Below, piece by piece: positions 1 through 9,159 of a DNA stretch of 26,971 nt (its first letter is position 1; the number at the start of each line of letters is the position of its first letter). The translations under genes and the position numbers were made by a program. The notes below the pieces were generated by a model. The model was not told where the DNA came from and did not search any database. It saw only the letters and a program-made list of their open reading frames with translations. This DNA is from a virus (taxonomy: Duplodnaviria > Caudoviricetes), in IMG/VR virus record IMGVR_UViG_3300044266_000285, positions 1-26,971 of that record. One strand, written 5' to 3'.

Positions 1-1251
1 GGTGGTGCAGGCGGCGCAGGTTCTAATGCTGTGCGATTTACAAACCCCAGTTCCAAAGCTGGTGGTGCAGGTGGCCCAGGATTGTCATCTAGCATTACTG
101 GTACAGCAACTTATTATGCCGGTGGTGGCGGTGGCGGAGCTAACAGTGGTTCCTTCTCTGGAGGCGCAGGCGGTATTGGAGGCGGCGGCGCAGGTGGTAA
201 TACTGCAAGCGGCACATCGGGTACTGTAAACACTGGCGGTGGTGGTGGCGGTGCTGGCGGAACAAACGGCGCAAGTGCCGGCGGTTCGGGTATTGCAGTC
301 GTAGCTTATGTTAGTGACACTCAGAAATATTGGGGAGGTATCGAATCCTCGTATTCTAGTGGTAACTCAACTGCTTGGGTCCACCAATTTACAAGTTCAG
401 GCACACTTTCTCCTGTGCCTGCAGGTTCAACTCTTAGTGAGTTCTTGGTCGTTGCTGGAGGTGGTGGCGGCCGAGGTAACGGTAATCCCCCAGGTGGTGG
501 TGGCGGCTCAGTTAGTTTAATTAGAGCTCCTCTCACACCCGGGCAGACATATACTGTAACTGTAGGAGCAGGTGGCGCAGCTGATGCCAGCGGCTCTCCT
601 GCACAAGCTGGTGGTACAAGCTTAGTTGCTGGTATTATTTCGTCAACAGGTGGTGGCGGAGGCGGCACTTCTGGCATCGGTGGAAACTCATCTTCTACTA
701 TCAATGGAGTTACTACTAGCTATACCGGCGGTAGCGGTTGGTACACTAGCAACCAAAGTTGCGGCGTGGGTGGTGGTGCAGGCGCAGGTGGCAATGGTGC
801 TTCGGTAGCATCGCCAGACAATACAGGTGGCACAGGCGGTACAGGTTATTATGCATCCAACTTCTTGATTGCAGGAACCAATTCTAGTAACACTCCGACT
901 ACTATTGGAACACCTAGCGGTGGTTATTATGGCGGTGGCGGAGGCGGCGGCTATCCGGGTGCTGACTTTGGTTCGTTCTGTAACGGAGCAGGTGGCGCAG
1001 GCGGTGGCGGCGGCAACCCACGGAAGTGCAACACTGGTTATCCGACACTTGGCCAAGATGGGTCAACTAACACTGGTGGCGGTGGACAAGGCGGAAGCTG
1101 GCCAAACGGTGGATCTGGTGGTAATGGCGGATCAGGTATTGTTATCGTTCGCTATGCTGGTACACCAATAGCCACAGGCGGAACTATTACACAAACTGGA
1201 GGATACACTTATCACGTATTCACTAGTTCAGGAACCATTTCGGTAACGTAA
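1..1251 (+). CDS. Glycine-rich tail fibre-like / virion structural protein, 5'-truncated by the window edge
   Basis: Frame is open from base 1 (GGAGGAGSNAVR...). Two copies of a Gly-rich module (YYxGGGGGG...NTGGGG...GGSGIxxVxY...GG...HxFTSSGT) typical of phage Gly-rich fibre proteins. Ends TAA. Confidence 0.75.
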   Translation, partial: GGAGGAGSNAVRFTNPSSKAGGAGGPGLSSSITGTATYYAGGGGGGANSGSFSGGAGGIGGGGAGGNTASGTSGTVNTGGGGGGAGGTNGASAGGSGIAVVAYVSDTQKYWGGIESSYSSGNSTAWVHQFTSSGTLSPVPAGSTLSEFLVVAGGGGGRGNGNPPGGGGGSVSLIRAPLTPGQTYTVTVGAGGAADASGSPAQAGGTSLVAGIISSTGGGGGGTSGIGGNSSSTINGVTTSYTGGSGWYTSNQSCGVGGGAGAGGNGASVASPDNTGGTGGTGYYASNFLIAGTNSSNTPTTIGTPSGGYYGGGGGGGYPGADFGSFCNGAGGAGGGGGNPRKCNTGYPTLGQDGSTNTGGGGQGGSWPNGGSGGNGGSGIVIVRYAGTPIATGGTITQTGGYTYHVFTSSGTISVT

Positions 1252-1261
1252 AAGGAAAATT

Positions 1262-1603
1262 ATGGCACATTTTGCACAAGTTAAAAACGGTGTAGTTACA
1301 CAAGTAATTGTCGCCGAACAAAATTTTATCAATACGCTGCCTGACAGCAGTGATTGGGTACAGACCAGTTATCGCACATCAGGCGGACAACATCCAGAAG
1401 GTCGTCCGTTGCGTAAAAATTATGCCGGTATTGGGTTCTTGTATGATGGAGTTGGGTTCTATCCTCCCAAACCATATGACAGCTGGTCATTGAATCAAGA
1501 CACTTATGTATGGGAAGCACCTACGCCATACCCTGATACTGGTAGGCTCTACAAGTGGAACGAAGATACGTTAAGTTGGGACGAGATCCCCACCCCAGTG
1601 TAA
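1262..1603 (+). CDS. Small conserved phage protein (MAHFAQ...RKNYAGIG...P.P..SW), usually found beside Gly-rich fibre genes
   Basis: 113 aa ORF with AAGGA RBS, 10 nt after the fibre gene; recognisable phage family pattern. Confidence 0.7.
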   Translation: MAHFAQVKNGVVTQVIVAEQNFINTLPDSSDWVQTSYRTSGGQHPEGRPLRKNYAGIGFLYDGVGFYPPKPYDSWSLNQDTYVWEAPTPYPDTGRLYKWNEDTLSWDEIPTPV

Positions 1604-1617
1604 TTCTGGCACTCAAG

Positions 1618-1643
1618 AAAAAACCGGGCATTGCCCGGTTTTT
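1618..1643. terminator. Bidirectional intrinsic terminator
   Basis: AAAAAA-CCGGGCA-T-TGCCCGG-TTTTT between convergent genes. Confidence 0.9.
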
Positions 1644-1645
1644 GT

Positions 1646-1927
1646 TTATTTAGACTTGATCCATTTCATTTGAAACCACATGTATACTTGCTCGTCCATT
1701 ACAATGTAGTTGCCACCCTTGCTGTAATCCCAAAATCTACCATTGATGTAAGTACCGGGTCTGCCATATGTTTCATGTAACCACGCCATTTTTTCTCCGT
1801 TGGGCAACCCCATATGCTTGTACAGCGTCATGGGCACAAACTTCTCTCCGTCCCATATTTGTTTTTTAACCGGTGGGGGCAGTGTAACTTCTGCGTCCAC
1901 ATATTCTATCACTTGTTTCCACCCCAT
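1646..1927 (-). CDS. Hypothetical protein (C-terminal WFQMKW)
   Basis: ORF; ATG at 1927 preceded by GGAG. Confidence 0.65.
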   Translation of the reverse strand: MGWKQVIEYVDAEVTLPPPVKKQIWDGEKFVPMTLYKHMGLPNGEKMAWLHETYGRPGTYINGRFWDYSKGGNYIVMDEQVYMWFQMKWIKSK

Positions 1928-2241
1928 TTTAACTCCCAAAACACTTGATCTTTTTCACTGAGCCGGGCCATAACCTTGTATTGGTAACCATAGTTCCATG
2001 TATCGATGTTCTTGGTCCAATAAGGCTGCTCTACAGCATGTTCCATAATAAACTGGCCTGCTTCGCTGTTTTGCCATTTCCATATGGGATCGGCTACCCA
2101 CAAATCTGGATCGTCAACATCGCCCATGCGTATAGTATGAACACAAACGTCACAAAAACGCACTGGAACCCCTTCTACGAGTTTTGTCTCCTCGGGTCGC
2201 CAGTGCGTGTATTCTGCTTGATGATTACGTGCAATTGCCAT
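1909..2241 (-). CDS. Hypothetical protein (C-terminal FWELKW), probably leaderless
   Basis: 110 aa ORF; TGC-TATAAT lies 5 nt upstream of the ATG. Confidence 0.7.
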   Translation of the reverse strand: MAIARNHQAEYTHWRPEETKLVEGVPVRFCDVCVHTIRMGDVDDPDLWVADPIWKWQNSEAGQFIMEHAVEQPYWTKNIDTWNYGYQYKVMARLSEKDQVFWELKWGGNK

Positions 2242-2255
2242 AGCACATTATAGCA

Positions 2256-2945
2256 TTATTGTGCTACAAGATCATTGGCTATTGGAAAGATTGCAGCAAT
2301 AGCCTCGGCGCAGCCCAGTGCAATTTGTTGATGTTCTTTTTGTGTACCGTTTCCAGCACGTAGTTGAATAAAGTGAATCCAACTACGCAGTGTACCGTTC
2401 ATATACATACGAGAGACAGTAAGTCCTTCGGGCAACACGGCTCTGGCTTGCTCCTTGGCAATACCGTTTTTAATAGCCCATTGGTATTCTCTCTCCACAG
2501 CAAACAACACACGCTTTTGAGCACGTTCCCATTCAATTGCTAACAATCGTTGTTCGTTATTATCGGGATCAATGTCTACACTATTTTGTCTATTCTTGAG
2601 GTCCTGGAATCTGCACTCTCTAAGTACAAACGCACTTTGGAGTTCTGCGGTAGGGTCTGCATAACGTTGACTGAATTCTTGGAAACTGAAACTTCTGTGA
2701 CGGAGGATTTGCCTTGCGATGTCCCTCGTAGTAACAATTTCCATACATGCTGAAACCATTTCGAGAGGACTCCAGTGTTGGTGTTTAATGAGGTACCGGA
2801 TAAGACGGTCTGAAGTTTCGGTGTTGAACTGATTTGCTGGATTGGAGACACGGGCACAATATGCGATGAGCTCTTGTGCATCTCCAATGCCTGCAGCGGC
2901 AAATTCTGGGGTAGCTTGTGAATAGGAGACGAGTTTGACATCCAT
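2256..2945 (-). CDS. thyX: FAD-dependent thymidylate synthase
   Basis: RHRSFSFQEFSQRY ThyX motif; also HWSPLE, AKEQARAVLP, LRSWIHFIQLR, QKEH. Confidence 0.97.
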   Translation of the reverse strand: MDVKLVSYSQATPEFAAAGIGDAQELIAYCARVSNPANQFNTETSDRLIRYLIKHQHWSPLEMVSACMEIVTTRDIARQILRHRSFSFQEFSQRYADPTAELQSAFVLRECRFQDLKNRQNSVDIDPDNNEQRLLAIEWERAQKRVLFAVEREYQWAIKNGIAKEQARAVLPEGLTVSRMYMNGTLRSWIHFIQLRAGNGTQKEHQQIALGCAEAIAAIFPIANDLVAQ

Positions 2946-3250
2946 TATTTAAGGCCATTCAATAGTTTATCGGTTTCGGGTTGAACTAGTTCTGCTACCG
3001 CGCCAATGTCGACCAAGAAATCAATGTCACGTATGCTGTCCCCAAATTCAGACAGAATTCTTGAAACAACTGTGTCAATTTCGTCCCAGTCAAGACCTTG
3101 CTTTTTTAAGTTAACAAGGTTGATTGTTTTTTGACGCTTGCCTTCTAGGCGGATAACAATTTTTTTAATACATTCAAGGGGAACATCAGTCTTGGTGACT
3201 TCGTTAATTATCAGTTCCCATTGATCAAGAAAATCATCACTGAACTGCAT
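2945..3250 (-). CDS. Hypothetical acidic protein (MQFSDDFLDQW...)
   Basis: ORF coupled to thyX (TAATG overlap). Confidence 0.7.
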   Translation of the reverse strand: MQFSDDFLDQWELIINEVTKTDVPLECIKKIVIRLEGKRQKTINLVNLKKQGLDWDEIDTVVSRILSEFGDSIRDIDFLVDIGAVAELVQPETDKLLNGLK

Positions 3251-3956
3251 CACCAACTCGGACCTTGGGTTTGCGTCCTCGGGTTTTTGGGGCTGTTGCG
3301 ATTGGTTCTTGTTTGGTTGCGGCATTTACACTGACTCCTGGGAACATTTTTTCTGCTTCTTTTTTCATTCTTGCAGCTTCTGCAATCAAGCCTTGAGCTT
3401 CTTGTTCCATGCGTTTGGCTTGTGCCAGCATGTTTCCAGCCAAAGCAGAATCGCTAAGGGTACCGTCAGTTGATACCGGTTGTTGTAAATTGGGTTGTGA
3501 CTCTTCCAACTGCTTGCGCTTGAAGGCCTGTTCGGCTTGGCGCTTGACAGCAGGATCAACAATGCCTTGGTTCTGATCAATCTCTTGCATGCGCTTGAGA
3601 GCTTCGGCACCTGATTCCATTTCTTTGACCAAACGATTGACTTCGTCGAGCTTGACAGAAGTGGTTGGAGTAGGAGTCAAGATAACTTGATTGGTAGCAA
3701 TCTTTTTCAACATGCCCTCGGCATGCAGTGTTTGCAGAATGTTACGACCATCGGGCAACAGGTTGCGATGGAACACATCAGCTAGATTGGTTGCTGTTTG
3801 TCCGGGAGCACTTTCCAACACAGTCATAACTGAGTTATGGATATGTGTGGGTAACACATCAGGATAAATGACCAAACACATGTGGTCTTCGTTGGGTATT
3901 TCTCTAAATACGATAGCAACCTTGCGGTCACCGTGTCTACCTACGTGTTTAAGCAT
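3237..3956 (-). CDS. Hypothetical phage protein with C-terminal coiled coil and basic tail (KTRGRKPK)
   Basis: 239 aa ORF with AGGAG RBS. Confidence 0.8.
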   Translation of the reverse strand: MLKHVGRHGDRKVAIVFREIPNEDHMCLVIYPDVLPTHIHNSVMTVLESAPGQTATNLADVFHRNLLPDGRNILQTLHAEGMLKKIATNQVILTPTPTTSVKLDEVNRLVKEMESGAEALKRMQEIDQNQGIVDPAVKRQAEQAFKRKQLEESQPNLQQPVSTDGTLSDSALAGNMLAQAKRMEQEAQGLIAEAARMKKEAEKMFPGVSVNAATKQEPIATAPKTRGRKPKVRVGDAVQ

Positions 3957-4170
3957 TTTGATCTCCTTGAGGTGCTTGAGGTTCTTGCGATGCTGCCTGT
4001 GTCTCAGCTTCGGAGTTTTTGCGAAGTGTTTCTAAGAACGCTGACAGTTTGTTGTATACTTGTCCAACCTGTGCCATTTCGGCGGCTTTGAAAGCGCCTC
4101 GTGAACAAGCGGCATCGAGCATACTGTGGATTGAGGCCAAATCGGCAATAGTAAGTTGTGAGTTTTCCAT
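3949..4170 (-). CDS. Hypothetical protein (LTIADL...ACSRGAFKAAEM..VG.VYNKL)
   Basis: ORF resembling a small conserved large-phage protein; TAAATA 5 nt before the ATG. Confidence 0.75.
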   Translation of the reverse strand: MENSQLTIADLASIHSMLDAACSRGAFKAAEMAQVGQVYNKLSAFLETLRKNSEAETQAASQEPQAPQGDQNA

Positions 4171-4209
4171 GCAGATATTTAACTCACAACACACAGTGGC
4201 TGTATTTTT

Positions 4210-4455
4210 TTACAACGTTTTTAGTGGCCTAAGTTGTTTGTGTTTGACAACCAAAATGTTGTGTGTTGTGTCTTGGTACCGAATTGGTAAATCAAGATGC
4301 ACAGTGACTTCTGGTCCAGACTCGCTGACTACTCGATCGTTACCTACGCTTCCGCAAAACGGAATTTTATTCCACGTGCCCGTGACCCGATCACCAATTT
4401 GGTAAACTGGACGATAGGTGTGCGTGGCGTTGAAGTAATCAGTTAGACTGCCCAT
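4210..4455 (-). CDS. Hypothetical protein
   Basis: 81 aa ORF with GAGG RBS. Confidence 0.65.
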   Translation of the reverse strand: MGSLTDYFNATHTYRPVYQIGDRVTGTWNKIPFCGSVGNDRVVSESGPEVTVHLDLPIRYQDTTHNILVVKHKQLRPLKTL

Positions 4456-4681
4456 GCGTCAATTCCTCATTGATTGATTGCATAGCAGTAAACTGTTTTG
4501 ATGCACACATTTGTTCAAAGATATACCACAGTTTCTCAAAGCGGATATCGGTCAGTCTGGCCAGTGCTGAAAGATCCTTGTCTCGATCTTCAGCTGATCC
4601 ATGCTCCATCACAGTGCGAATGTCATCAGTAACTTTCCAACACTCGAGAATCTGTTGTTCTAAATCAAAACGATCGCTCAT
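4439..4681 (-). CDS. Hypothetical protein (MSDRFDLEQQILECW)
   Basis: ORF with AAGGAG RBS. Confidence 0.7.
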   Translation of the reverse strand: MSDRFDLEQQILECWKVTDDIRTVMEHGSAEDRDKDLSALARLTDIRFEKLWYIFEQMCASKQFTAMQSINEELTHGQSN

Positions 4682-4682
4682 G

Positions 4683-4817
4683 TTACCACTCCTTTTGAGC
4701 TTTAGAGGCTTCGTGAATAATTTTTTTAATAAGTTGCCAAATTGGATGCCATAGGTATCCGACCATGAAACCAATGACCAAATAGTTCAGTGCAAGTTTG
4801 ACTTCTTCCCAGTTCAT
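4683..4817 (-). CDS. Small membrane protein (44 aa), not in the ORF track
   Basis: MNWEEVKLALNYLVIGFMVGYLWHPIWQLIKK...; AGGA RBS; ATGA overlap with the upstream gene. Confidence 0.6.
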   Translation of the reverse strand: MNWEEVKLALNYLVIGFMVGYLWHPIWQLIKKIIHEASKAQKEW

Positions 4818-5035
4818 ATGATTTTTCCTATGGTTAGATAAATCAGTTCACCAAGCTCGCGTTGGTAGTCCTGTCCTAGTCGACGCTTTTGATAGATAGC
4901 AGTAACAAGCTCGGTACCGGTGTGGCTGGCAACTTCCATGCCCTTGCCACGCTTGGTTAGCTCTTCGATCAAGTCATCGGTATCGAAATCATCCAAGTCC
5001 ACGTCAACAGTGGTCCATACTTCTACTTGGGGCAT
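4814..5035 (-). CDS. Hypothetical protein (VDVDLDDFDTDDLIEEL)
   Basis: ORF with GGAG RBS and TAATG coupling. Confidence 0.7.
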   Translation of the reverse strand: MPQVEVWTTVDVDLDDFDTDDLIEELTKRGKGMEVASHTGTELVTAIYQKRRLGQDYQRELGELIYLTIGKII

Positions 5036-5220
5036 TAGGTTCTCCAAAAAGGTGCATAACGCACTAACCGGCCCACAGGCAACAACACAGGAATCAACAA
5101 CACCAGTATCCAAGCGGCACTGATGATTTCTGGCTCAACGAACCGGTGTACAAATATGTCATACATGCCTACAACCAAGTAGATCAGTCCTGTGACGAAG
5201 ATGTACTCGTCAGGCGACAT
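5035..5220 (-). CDS. Small two-TM membrane protein
   Basis: Two hydrophobic stretches. Confidence 0.55.
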   Translation of the reverse strand: MSPDEYIFVTGLIYLVVGMYDIFVHRFVEPEIISAAWILVLLIPVLLPVGRLVRYAPFWRT

Positions 5221-5233
5221 TGGCAACTTTATT

Positions 5234-5416
5234 TTAATCTTGTTTAATACAGACGAAACGAACATTTTTAGTAGTACTTTTGGTTAAGGATTCACTGGCT
5301 TTGCCAGCAGCTTGGCAACTGGCTTCGGTTTTGAAGCCCGGCACCGTTGTCAAGGCCATTGAGTCTTTGTCACTGAGCATGCCGGCGTGAACGAACAACA
5401 CCAAAATCCAAGTCAT
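5234..5416 (-). CDS. Small exported protein with two Cys
   Basis: MTWILVLFV...FKTEASCQAAG...VCIK. Confidence 0.6.
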   Translation of the reverse strand: MTWILVLFVHAGMLSDKDSMALTTVPGFKTEASCQAAGKASESLTKSTTKNVRFVCIKQD

Positions 5417-5508
5417 AAAATGCCTTTGACAAAAAGATAAAAACAAGTTACAAAGCCCAATGCAAAATAAACAACGCGACCTGCGATTTCAAGAGCGAGA
5501 TTTTTCAT
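5413..5508 (-). CDS. 31 aa membrane peptide, not in the ORF track
   Basis: MKNLALEIAGRVVYFALGFVTCFYLFVKGIL; overlaps its neighbours at both ends. Confidence 0.5.
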   Translation of the reverse strand: MKNLALEIAGRVVYFALGFVTCFYLFVKGIL

Positions 5509-5666
5509 TACTTAACTCCACATGCTGTGTTGACTTTGTCTGCTTCGACGCCGGCTTTGATTGCTTCGATTCGGCAGGTATTTTTTTGATGGTCCGAAAT
5601 TATAAGTGGCGCGAACATCATTACAATAAACCCTAGAGCCAAGATTACAATCCATTTAGTTTCCAT
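5508..5666 (-). CDS. 52 aa membrane-anchored protein, not in the ORF track
   Basis: METKWIVILALGFIVMMFAPLII...CRIEAIKAG...C; AAGGAG RBS. Confidence 0.6.
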   Translation of the reverse strand: METKWIVILALGFIVMMFAPLIISDHQKNTCRIEAIKAGVEADKVNTACGVK

Positions 5667-5675
5667 CTCAACTCC

Positions 5676-5939
5676 TTAAGGACAACTCAGGTCGCGTTCA
5701 ACAACTTCAGGAACGTCCCGCCATTCCGACCATTGCATGTTGGCAGTTCGGGCAATGCTGGCATTGTCCCATGTGCCCGCACCACCAGCACGAACAGTGA
5801 CATCAATCTTTTGACGATACTGTAGTTTTTTGGTGCTGACAATATGTACAGGGTAAGGTTTACCTATGGGCCAGTTCATTAAATCAGCTGGGGGAATAGG
5901 CTGCTCACGCTCCTCTACAATCCAACGCATTTCTATCAT
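5676..5939 (-). CDS. Hypothetical protein (LQYR...WSEWRDVP)
   Basis: 87 aa ORF. Confidence 0.65.
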   Translation of the reverse strand: MIEMRWIVEEREQPIPPADLMNWPIGKPYPVHIVSTKKLQYRQKIDVTVRAGGAGTWDNASIARTANMQWSEWRDVPEVVERDLSCP

Positions 5940-5953
5940 ATCAGTATCTCTTG

Positions 5954-6265
5954 TTATTTGTTAATAGATTTGAAACATTCGATATAAACTCGATTGGCAA
6001 ATTCTTTGTTGGCTCGAATTTGATATTCTCTTGTGTTGTATTGCAATTCTTCGTATGCGGCAATTACAATAGCATTGGCAATTTTGTTACCATCTGCTAA
6101 TGCAATAAGTTGAGAAGCTGGGACACCTGTTTGTCGAAGATTCATGACTTTGTAGGCCAGTTCCTGCATGTCTTCACAATCCTTGACGGTTAGCTTTGCA
6201 GCCTGTGCCCCAACGGACACGGACAACGCAACAACACAAAGAGCCGATTTAACTGTTTTCGTCAT
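5954..6265 (-). CDS. Exported hypothetical protein
   Basis: Signal peptide ending AQA; two Cys in the mature part. Confidence 0.65.
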   Translation of the reverse strand: MTKTVKSALCVVALSVSVGAQAAKLTVKDCEDMQELAYKVMNLRQTGVPASQLIALADGNKIANAIVIAAYEELQYNTREYQIRANKEFANRVYIECFKSINK

Positions 6266-6495
6266 GTCTCCCACTCCTGCATTTCAGCATCTGTCATAAT
6301 CATCGTGTCTACAGTGTGGAACTCGTAAGCCACAGACTCGCCATCTTTGTCGACTTGCTGTTTGATGAAGTCAATGCGATCCTGTCGCTTTTTGGCACTG
6401 TCGAACACTTCTACAGGTGTGTAGAATGTGTTCCATTCTTCTCGACTACCGTAGTCAGTATCGTAGTATAGCAGATAAACTTTCATTTTTGGCAC
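6262..6495 (-). CDS. Hypothetical protein
   Basis: ORF with GGAG RBS; start is GTG 6495 or ATG 6486. Confidence 0.6.
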   Translation of the reverse strand: MPKMKVYLLYYDTDYGSREEWNTFYTPVEVFDSAKKRQDRIDFIKQQVDKDGESVAYEFHTVDTMIMTDAEMQEWET

Positions 6496-6656
6496 TCCAC
6501 AGACTTGAGTTGAATTTGCTTTTCTGCATCAGTTCTGTGTTGCCAGAAAAACGTTTCGTGTCCCTGACTGTACAGCCACGCCTCAGACGCAACATATACA
6601 GACAGAAACATCCAAAAGCCAAACCAGGCTAAATTAATGTCCTTTTTTGGATTCAT
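6483..6656 (-). CDS. Small membrane protein
   Basis: MNPKKDINLAWFGFWMFLSVYVASEAW...; start uncertain. Confidence 0.5.
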   Translation of the reverse strand: MNPKKDINLAWFGFWMFLSVYVASEAWLYSQGHETFFWQHRTDAEKQIQLKSVECQK

Positions 6657-7956
6657 CGTAGTACGCATAAGCGCCAAAAGGAGGAACAATAGTGGTGCTA
6701 CCATGGATGATAAAAGTAGCATCACAGTACTCTTCATCGCCCCAGCTACCAAACGGGTAACCGTCTGTGAACATGATCAGTCGACGCGGGACAATTTCTT
6801 CGCGCTTCAAGTAATCGTAAACACAATCGAAGTCAGTACCGCCACCACCTTTGATTTCGTAGTCGCAGATTGAATCCAGGTTGTCTGAGTCGTACTGAGC
6901 AGGATTGTATGCATCAGTATCAAACGTGACCACATGGATCTTGTAAGCCGGGAACGAGTCCATGATGCCTTGGATTTCGCTTAGGAAGTCCTTGAGCATT
7001 GTTTCGCTAATTGAACCAGATGCGTCCAGTGCAATAGCAATATCAATCATTTCATCGTTCTTTTGGCCAGGCATCACAGCGTCCATGTGCCAACCTTTGC
7101 GGCTTGCTCGCATCCAGGTGTAGTCACTCTTGATAGTGCTCTCCAGGTTCATGCGAAGCAGTTCGCGCCAGTTCATCTGGGGCTCAGTCAAGTCCTTGAT
7201 CATGCGCTTGACACCGGCGGGCAAGTTACCAGCACCGTCTACAGTAGCGGCGGCTGCTAACACAGCTTCTTTGATCTCGTCACGAATAGCCTGCTTCTCG
7301 GCTTCGCTCAACTTGGGACGACCTTTGCCCTTGCCTTCGCCTTCGCCATCACCACCGGAACCTTCGTCGTCACCTTCGCCGTCCAAGTGATCGTCCAGCA
7401 ACTGATTGATCAAGTCACTGAGATTGATTTTTTGTGCATTTTGCATCAAGTCATCATAGACTTCTTCCGAGCTCAAGCCTTCGTATTTGCGATCATACAG
7501 GCAAGGCACTGACGTAATGAACTCACCAACATTGTGCTTCTTCAAGTCGCCGTTGACACAGTAGTCGTTAGCAATGTTCCAAATCTGCGGATCACGATCG
7601 CCACGGCGACCAAAGTGATCATATACACAGTGCAACACTTCGTGTCCGAACAAAAACTCAATCTCTTTGGGTTTAAGAAGTTTGATGAAACGGGTGTTGT
7701 AATAAAAGTGACGTCCGTCTGTTGCGGCAGTGGGACACCATTCGTCGGCGTTGACCAGTTTCAAGCGAGTAGCAAGGTTACCAAAGAAGCTGGCTTTCAA
7801 CAGCAAACCAACTCGGGCAGTGATCAATTGTTCACGAACTTCGCGGTCCATCTTGGGGTCGGTCTCGCCCAACAGGTTCTTGAATTTGTCTGCATCCTTG
7901 CTGTCAGCAGTGGTGCCAGTGCGAGCATGTAATACATCGGGGTTAAAATATTGCAT
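6634..7956 (-). CDS. Metallopeptidase-like plus vWA domain protein (DUF2201-type), partner of the MoxR ATPase
   Basis: TAATDG, HEVLH (HExxH), WNIANDY..N, acidic/Gly linker, MIDAS DASGS, GGGGTDF, FTDG. Confidence 0.9.
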   Translation of the reverse strand: MQYFNPDVLHARTGTTADSKDADKFKNLLGETDPKMDREVREQLITARVGLLLKASFFGNLATRLKLVNADEWCPTAATDGRHFYYNTRFIKLLKPKEIEFLFGHEVLHCVYDHFGRRGDRDPQIWNIANDYCVNGDLKKHNVGEFITSVPCLYDRKYEGLSSEEVYDDLMQNAQKINLSDLINQLLDDHLDGEGDDEGSGGDGEGEGKGKGRPKLSEAEKQAIRDEIKEAVLAAAATVDGAGNLPAGVKRMIKDLTEPQMNWRELLRMNLESTIKSDYTWMRASRKGWHMDAVMPGQKNDEMIDIAIALDASGSISETMLKDFLSEIQGIMDSFPAYKIHVVTFDTDAYNPAQYDSDNLDSICDYEIKGGGGTDFDCVYDYLKREEIVPRRLIMFTDGYPFGSWGDEEYCDATFIIHGSTTIVPPFGAYAYYDESKKGH

Positions 7957-7983
7957 GTGGGTCCTTTGTTGTTTAATACGTTA

Positions 7984-8012
7984 ATTATAGCAGAACGCGA
8001 TTTATTGGTCAA
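7984..8012 (-). promoter_or_regulatory. Sigma70-type promoter
   Basis: TTGACC-17 nt-TATAAT with extended TG. Confidence 0.8.
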
Positions 8013-8302
8013 ATCCAACGTCCGTGATTGTCAATTTCATCTTGTGTAAACTGTCCACCCATACGATCTGGATTCTCTCGCCAACTATCGAGTGTGGCTT
8101 TTTCGCAACACTTCTCCACATCCTGTAGGATACGCCGGAGTTCGTCAATGTTGACTACAAGGAAGTCGGCTACCGCTTTCAATGCAATATCCTCGCCATC
8201 ACGCAAACCCACAAAGGTTCGCTCTTGCTGGATAGCCAGCAAATAATTTTGCTTGCCGGCGATTGTGTTACGCAGATTTTGTGCTACGGTTTGGATGTTC
8301 AT
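8009..8302 (-). CDS. Hypothetical protein (SWRENPDRMGGQFTQDEI)
   Basis: 97 aa ORF; the C-terminal motif is one I associate with large phages. Confidence 0.7.
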   Translation of the reverse strand: MNIQTVAQNLRNTIAGKQNYLLAIQQERTFVGLRDGEDIALKAVADFLVVNIDELRRILQDVEKCCEKATLDSWRENPDRMGGQFTQDEIDNHGRWI

Positions 8303-8550
8303 TTTAACCCCAATGCAATTTTATCTTCTTCAGTGAGTTTTGCCAGTGCCCGTCGGCGAGCCTCACCAGTTTGGTAATCCAGCACTTCCTCATAATTGTC
8401 AAGGATGATGAATTGTTGTTCATACACTTCATCAAACTTGTTTCGAGCTTTCCATTCGTCGGCGGCTTCTTTGGTTGCCACATAATACCGGTGGTTGTGA
8501 CGATCACCGCCGTCCCAAACTCGAATGTCCCAGCAGTTAATGATTTTCAT
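8299..8550 (-). CDS. Hypothetical protein (RRRALAKLTEEDKIALGL)
   Basis: 83 aa ORF with ATGA coupling. Confidence 0.7.
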   Translation of the reverse strand: MKIINCWDIRVWDGGDRHNHRYYVATKEAADEWKARNKFDEVYEQQFIILDNYEEVLDYQTGEARRRALAKLTEEDKIALGLK

Positions 8551-8780
8551 ACCAGTTCTCCGGTTTCATCGTTGACACAGCCTACATAGACTGCCTTGCG
8601 CTCAGGAACATAATCAGGGCCATGAGTCGTTCGCAGGCTTTTGTTGCCCCAATTGAATGTTTTTATCCAATATTCTGCATCTTCCTCAGTGGCAAACTCT
8701 CGTCCCAATTCAACCTTCGACAGGTTAGGCAGACCATTTTCCACGGGGTGTACTTGGACGATGTGAAAGTATTTTGTCAT
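8547..8780 (-). CDS. Hypothetical protein
   Basis: 77 aa ORF with ATGA coupling. Confidence 0.65.
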   Translation of the reverse strand: MTKYFHIVQVHPVENGLPNLSKVELGREFATEEDAEYWIKTFNWGNKSLRTTHGPDYVPERKAVYVGCVNDETGELV

Positions 8781-8992
8781 TCTTCAACTCCGAAATACTT
8801 CTTAACCAACTTGGCTTGATCTACAGACTTATAGCCCTGCGGAAGTTGCCAAGGACTATCTTGCACAATATTAGCACATTCCCGAACAATCAATTCGGCG
8901 AACTTTTTGTAGTCAAATTCTTCACTTGCAGTATCGACGAAAAATCTCATAGACATACACTGTCTGGCAAGTTCTTCAATTCGTTCGTTCAT
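8777..8992 (-). CDS. MNERI...KFAELIVREC...FGVE paralog, copy 1
   Basis: Shares three motifs with three other ORFs in the window. Confidence 0.75.
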   Translation of the reverse strand: MNERIEELARQCMSMRFFVDTASEEFDYKKFAELIVRECANIVQDSPWQLPQGYKSVDQAKLVKKYFGVEE

Positions 8993-8993
8993 A

Positions 8994-9158
8994 TCAATCC
9001 CTATCATAGCATCGTTTGTGGCTGATCAAGTCGCTGTGAGTTTGGACCACAGCATTGTGAATACCAATCTTGGTTGAGCGATACAGGCTCTTGCTCAAGT
9101 GCAAAACGAACAGCAAGGGCAAGAGCAGGTAGCCTGCGTAGTATGCAACGGTCTTCAT
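8994..9158 (-). CDS. Small membrane protein (MKTVAYYAGYLLLPLLF...)
   Basis: 3' part of the track ORF; the upstream part is occupied by another gene. Confidence 0.5.
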   Translation of the reverse strand: MKTVAYYAGYLLLPLLFVLHLSKSLYRSTKIGIHNAVVQTHSDLISHKRCYDRD

Positions 9159-9159
9159 G

